From Bdellovibrio sp. (lineage in GTDB: Bacteria > Bdellovibrionota > Bdellovibrionia > Bdellovibrionales > Bdellovibrionaceae), in assembly GCA_036677065.1 (NCBI GenBank), contig JAKFBS010000004.1:160001-224000 (forward strand): 64,000 bases of DNA, written 5' to 3'. Below, one piece after another: positions 59,907 through 64,000 of the stretch. A program made the position numbers and the translations under genes. Positions within the stretch are counted from its first letter, which is position 1. Each line of letters begins with the position of its first letter. Under the pieces are notes generated by a model. It was not told where the DNA came from. It made no database searches and worked only from the letters and a program-made list of their open reading frames with translations.

Positions 59907-60689
59907 ATGAAACAACATACAACAGCAATTTTATTCGCAGTAACAGTAACAACATTATTAACTTTCAGCATGAACACAGCCAATGCAATGGGTCGCGGAA
60001 AACCAGTTGAGCCAAAGCCAACACCTAAGCCTCCAGTAGTGACTCCAGCGCCAACGCCGAAGCCACCAACTCCGGTTCCAGCTCCGACACCAAAACCACC
60101 AACGCCTGCGCCAACACCAGCACCAGCACCTGGTGCTGATACTTCTGATGCGGTTCCGATGTGGGAAGCAAAAGTTTCCGGAAGCCGCGATTGGTCTAAT
60201 CACTTATATTCAGAACTTGATCGTTTAGGTCAGGATTTATTAGATGTGATTCCTGCAGATGCAGCGACGTTTTGCCCGAATTACAAAAATTTAACTTATA
60301 ACGAGCGCAAAAAATATTGGATCTATATGATTTCGGCAATGACCAGATTTGAAAGCTCTTTCAAAACAGATACGACATACACAGAAGACTTCACTGATAG
60401 CTCGGGAAAAAAAGTTGTCAGCCGTGGATTGTTACAAATCTCGATTGAAAGTGCCAATGGCTATGATTGTGAACTTAGTAATGCGCAAGACTTACATAAT
60501 CCACTTAAGAATTTAAGTTGCGGGGTAAGAATTCTTGATCGTTGGGTAGGCCGTGATGGTCGTATCGCCGGTAAGGTTGATGCAAAATGGCGCGGTGGCG
60601 CAAGATACTGGGCTGTCATGCGCGAAGGCGACAAGACGTCATATAAAACGATCTTAAGTTCGAGCAAAAATTTAAAAATGTGTAAGTAG
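59907..60689 (+). CDS. Secreted SLT-like lytic transglycosylase with Pro/Thr-rich linker
   Basis: Signal peptide, (PTP) linker, RFESSF, SRGLLQIS, NPLKNLSCG, YW. Confidence 0.85.
   Translation: MKQHTTAILFAVTVTTLLTFSMNTANAMGRGKPVEPKPTPKPPVVTPAPTPKPPTPVPAPTPKPPTPAPTPAPAPGADTSDAVPMWEAKVSGSRDWSNHLYSELDRLGQDLLDVIPADAATFCPNYKNLTYNERKKYWIYMISAMTRFESSFKTDTTYTEDFTDSSGKKVVSRGLLQISIESANGYDCELSNAQDLHNPLKNLSCGVRILDRWVGRDGRIAGKVDAKWRGGARYWAVMREGDKTSYKTILSSSKNLKMCK
60003..60131 (+). repeat. Pro/Thr/Ala-rich coding repeat
   Basis: PKPTPKPP…PAPTPKPPTPAPTPAPAP. Confidence 0.85.
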
Positions 60690-60749
60690 TTTTTTAAGGC
60701 TAGATTGGCTTACTCTGAGACAGTGGTCAGCCAATCTAAAAAATTGTTT

Positions 60750-60776
60750 TAATTTCACCGCAAATAATTCCGAAAT
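60750..60776 (+). promoter_or_regulatory. sigma28-like promoter
   Basis: TAAT-N15-TCCGAAAT; CCGAAA is 7 nt before ATG. Confidence 0.5.
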
Positions 60777-60782
60777 ATAATC

Positions 60783-61541
60783 ATGGTCGAATCAGCTGTA
60801 GAAGATAAAAAAATATTTCTTGTCGTTACTGAAGATAAAGCAAAAATGCAATCTATCTCGGCAGTGATACGTTCACATACGAATAAGACCGCAATTTTTG
60901 AGGCCAGCGAGTTGCATGAAGCTCTGTTTAAATTTCGTAATGCGGTTCCGCATGTGATTGTTCTAGATTTAGAGGTCTCAAAGTTTTCAACTATTCAGTT
61001 GGTGACTGATCTTTTAAAAGGGGAACACAATCAATTTTCAGTAATTTTTACCAGTGAAATCCCAGAAAATGAGTTGTTCATTGATCAAGTGATCACTGGG
61101 CAAGTTCAGTTTTTAACTGACTACACTGATAAGGCTTGCTTTAGCCAATGTCTAACAAAAGCAGTTAAACGTTTGCAGCAAGAAAAGAAATCCGAATTTA
61201 TCTTACGTCAGCTAGTGCCTGGTGAACTGCTCTTTGAAGAGGGGCATCCGGGTGATAGTATATTTTTGGTTAAAAGCGGTGAGCTTGTTGCATGGAAGCT
61301 GAAAAATGGCCAGCGTGTGGATTTAGGAACTATCGGTCCTGGTGAGTTTGTTGGTGAGATGGCGCATCTTAATCAAGAACCACGTTCGGCAACTGTTTCT
61401 GCCAGCCAAGCCAGTGATCTTATCGAAATACCATTTGGCAGTCTGGATATGATTTTATTTTCGAAACCTTCGTGGTCAAAAGCCCTCTTTATGACGTTGT
61501 CAAAACGCCTTAAAATCACTAATGCAAAGCTATCAGCTTAA
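60783..61541 (+). CDS. Receiver-like domain plus cyclic nucleotide-binding domain protein
   Basis: PHVIVLD receiver-like fold; LFEEG…GEFVGEMA…PRSATV. Confidence 0.82.
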   Translation: MVESAVEDKKIFLVVTEDKAKMQSISAVIRSHTNKTAIFEASELHEALFKFRNAVPHVIVLDLEVSKFSTIQLVTDLLKGEHNQFSVIFTSEIPENELFIDQVITGQVQFLTDYTDKACFSQCLTKAVKRLQQEKKSEFILRQLVPGELLFEEGHPGDSIFLVKSGELVAWKLKNGQRVDLGTIGPGEFVGEMAHLNQEPRSATVSASQASDLIEIPFGSLDMILFSKPSWSKALFMTLSKRLKITNAKLSA

Positions 61542-61589
61542 TAGCTTAATAGTAGATACATTAGTAAACCTGTGTTACACTAATTTTGT

Positions 61590-61892
61590 ATGAAGAAGTG
61601 CATTTTAAGTCTACTAACAATAGTAGCTATCTCGTTATTAGTTTCAATAACTCAGGCGGCGCAATGCACGCTGGTGGGTGGTACTGATTTTTCGCTTTGC
61701 ACAGCGATTAGTAAAAACAACTGCGGTTTAGCGGCGAAGGGCGATTTTATGAAATGTAAAGCCGTAACTGCAAACAACTGCGGTTTAGCCGGTCAGGATT
61801 ATTTCTTAACTTGTAAAGCGATGCTTGATCGTAATTGTGGTTTGGTTAAAGAGCCTGGCTTCAGTCTTTGTTCAGCTGTAACTAAAGAGTAA
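61590..61892 (+). CDS. Small secreted Cys-repeat protein
   Basis: Signal peptide followed by four 19-aa C-x10-C-x7 repeats. Confidence 0.8.
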   Translation: MKKCILSLLTIVAISLLVSITQAAQCTLVGGTDFSLCTAISKNNCGLAAKGDFMKCKAVTANNCGLAGQDYFLTCKAMLDRNCGLVKEPGFSLCSAVTKE

Positions 61893-61898
61893 TTATTC

Positions 61899-62606
61899 GT
61901 GGCTAAAAAAATCCCCAGCAAATATCAACCCAAAGGATTTCGCATCCTTCATGAAGACCGTGATGTGATTGTCGGTAATAAAGCACCCGGCATTCTTACT
62001 GTGGGTGCTCTGTGGGAACAAGAAAACACCATTCATAATATTTTAAATCAGTACATTCGTAAGGGTAATTCCAGATCACGTGCTTGTGTGTTCGTGGTTC
62101 ATCGTTTAGATCAGGCGACCTCTGGCGCATTGATCTTTGCCAAAACTGAAGAAGTGCAGCAGTATTTAAAGAATAACTGGAAATCGACGGTTAAAACTTA
62201 TTTTGCCATCGTGCACGGGCTGTTAACGAAGAAATCGGGCATGATCGAAAGTTACCTATCAGAAGATGAAGATTATCATGTGCATTCAAGTCAGGATGCT
62301 GGTTCAGGAAAGCTTGCGCAAACTCAGTATGAAGTCTTAACTGAAGTGGCAGGATTTAGTTTAGTTAAAATTAATTTGCTGACGGGCAAGAAAAATCAGA
62401 TTCGTGTGCATATGGCTGAACTTGGTCACCCGGTTGTTGGTGACCCTAAGTATGGTAAAGCTAAAACTAAATTTAAAAACTTAGCTCTGCATTCAGCAAG
62501 TCTTGAGTTCACGCATCCGTTCACTCAGAAAAGAATTCTGATCAAGGCGAGTGTGCCGGCGTACTTTCATGATCTCATTCCTTTCGACTACAACAATATC
62601 AGTTAG
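61899..62606 (+). CDS. RluA family pseudouridine synthase
   Basis: NKAPG, VHRLDQATSG, TGKKNQIRVHM, GD.KYG, LALH. Confidence 0.93.
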   Translation: MAKKIPSKYQPKGFRILHEDRDVIVGNKAPGILTVGALWEQENTIHNILNQYIRKGNSRSRACVFVVHRLDQATSGALIFAKTEEVQQYLKNNWKSTVKTYFAIVHGLLTKKSGMIESYLSEDEDYHVHSSQDAGSGKLAQTQYEVLTEVAGFSLVKINLLTGKKNQIRVHMAELGHPVVGDPKYGKAKTKFKNLALHSASLEFTHPFTQKRILIKASVPAYFHDLIPFDYNNIS

Positions 62607-62706
62607 CTTTCAAAATCAATACACTTGCATTTTCACTGCGTTTTCAATTTTAGAGATATTTCGGCAAAGATTTGTTTTTTACATTCTCTGGCACTAACCA
62701 TAGGGC

Positions 62707-63333
62707 ATGAAAAAAACAGGAAAAACCGCTCGCTTTAAATTACAACGTCGTCTTTTAACAGAACTTCCAGGTTTAGGAAAAGCCGGAGCGCTTGAACGTC
62801 GTCCATACCCACCAGGCCAACATGGTGGTAAACGTATTAAATATTCAGATTACCGCTTACAATTAGAAGAAAAACAAAAAGTTCGTGTTCATTACGGAAT
62901 CCGTGAAGAACAATTGATCCGCTTAGTTCAATTAGCTAAAAAGAATAAGTCTGGCGGCAAATGGATCAATTCTTTAATTAACATTTTAGAAAAACGCATT
63001 GATAATATCGTTTTTCGTGCTGGCTTTGCACCAAGCATGCGTGCAGCTTCGCAAATGATTTCGCATGGCCAGGTTTTAGTTAACGGCAAAAAAGTTAATA
63101 TTCGCTCTGTAAAAATCAAAGTTGGTGATGTAGTTTCAATCACTGCAAAAGGCTTAACTAATCAAATCTTTTTGCACTCTAATCAAAGTCCACGTTTAAC
63201 TTTACCAGACTGGTTAGATAAAGATGTTTCTGACACTAAAGCCTCTGTGACATTGAAAGACGAACCAGATTTAGGCTCAGTGCCATTTGCATTAGACGAA
63301 GCATTAGTAACATCGTACTACTCAAAGGCGTAA
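62707..63333 (+). CDS. rpsD: 30S ribosomal protein S4 (Cys-free, standalone)
   Basis: PPGQHG, SDYRLQLEEKQK, LEKRIDNIVFRAGFA, HGQVLVNGKKV. Confidence 0.93.
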   Translation: MKKTGKTARFKLQRRLLTELPGLGKAGALERRPYPPGQHGGKRIKYSDYRLQLEEKQKVRVHYGIREEQLIRLVQLAKKNKSGGKWINSLINILEKRIDNIVFRAGFAPSMRAASQMISHGQVLVNGKKVNIRSVKIKVGDVVSITAKGLTNQIFLHSNQSPRLTLPDWLDKDVSDTKASVTLKDEPDLGSVPFALDEALVTSYYSKA

Positions 63334-63338
63334 TTTTT

Positions 63339-63560
63339 ATGGCGACAAAATTAAATGATGGCGATTTAAGTTGTTACGCGATTGATGATGACACGGCCGT
63401 GATTTCAGTTAAAGAGCAAAAGTTTGTTGTTGATTATTCAACACTGATGGATTTTTTAACTGAACTTGCCGTTGTGGCCGCACAAGTTGAAAATGCAGCG
63501 ATGAGTGCAACTGCAGAACAAGAGCAACTGGAAACTTGCGCTTGTGTAAGATTGCACTAA
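63339..63560 (+). CDS. Small acidic hypothetical protein
   Basis: 73-aa ORF 5 nt after the rpsD stop. Confidence 0.55.
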   Translation: MATKLNDGDLSCYAIDDDTAVISVKEQKFVVDYSTLMDFLTELAVVAAQVENAAMSATAEQEQLETCACVRLH

Positions 63561-63683
63561 TTTCGTTTCATCTTGAGACTTTTTTAATGAGTTCTTAACA
63601 GCTGACACGAATATTTTCTAAGGTGGTTGCTAAGTTGGATTTTAGACCTATTGCTAAAGTAAGCAAATGCCGAAAAATAGAGA

Positions 63684-64000
63684 GTGGAACGTCGCTGTAA
63701 CTACCGCTTAACATTACTATTTTTTGCGCTATTTTTTTCAATAGCCGCATCGGCATCACCACAGGTTACAACTTACCAAGCACGCATCGTAAAGCCTGAT
63801 GGCTTACCTTTAGAAACTGCCAACGTTAATTTTAAATTTTCTGTACTAAATCCAGTTGCTGATTGCGTTTTGTATGCTGAAACCTTTTCAGCGATCAATA
63901 TGGCAAATTCTGCAGGTATTATTTCATTCACGTTAGGCTCTGGTGTAAAAACTTATCCGGTAAGTGCCACAACATTTGCGCAGGTTTTTAATAATTCAAC
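63684..64000 (+). CDS. N-terminus of a second MAT-like fibre protein (runs off the window)
   Basis: Own translation from GTG: MERRCNYRLTLLFFALFFSIAASASPQVTTYQARIVKPDGLPLETANVNFKFSVLNPVADCVLYAE…, aligns with the 32435 N-terminus (TTYQARIIQPNGVPLE…LNPAANCILY). Confidence 0.88.
   Translation, partial: MERRCNYRLTLLFFALFFSIAASASPQVTTYQARIVKPDGLPLETANVNFKFSVLNPVADCVLYAETFSAINMANSAGIISFTLGSGVKTYPVSATTFAQVFNNS

Noticed and set aside
1..64000. CRISPR array, tRNA/rRNA genes, IS elements
   Set aside because: No repeat-spacer periodicity, cloverleaf, rRNA or transposase motifs noticed by eye; the repeats found are coding

Overview
AT-rich bacterial chromosomal window whose gene content points to a predatory Bdellovibrionota genome (inference): two TIGR02147/DUF4423 genes, S74-chaperoned fibre adhesins, many signal-peptide hypotheticals and FliL. 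Housekeeping genes include nrdR, nusB, menB, lgt, hisS, greB, pckG, trxA, rpsD and lon. Accessory modules are a tandemly duplicated SleB-type cell-wall hydrolase plus partner pair, a five-gene URC-type uracil catabolism operon, a Zrg-like metal ABC system, a 2178-aa mosaic fibre flanked by two TIGR02147 + secreted-protein modules, and a Ku/LigD-Lon-Hsp20 stress block. The strongest unannotated signal is a ~330-nt highly structured element downstream of hisS (24144-24482, minus strand). It has 5'/3' end complementarity, a sequestered perfect Shine-Dalgarno and a 36-aa cationic/hydrophobic ORF, the architecture of a type I toxin mRNA. Also visible are a candidate operator shared by both TIGR02147 genes, recurrent sigma28-like promoters 7-8 nt from start codons, and two sigma54-like promoters. 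No rRNA, tRNA, CRISPR array or transposase was recognised. All product calls are by motif recognition by eye; no searches were run.
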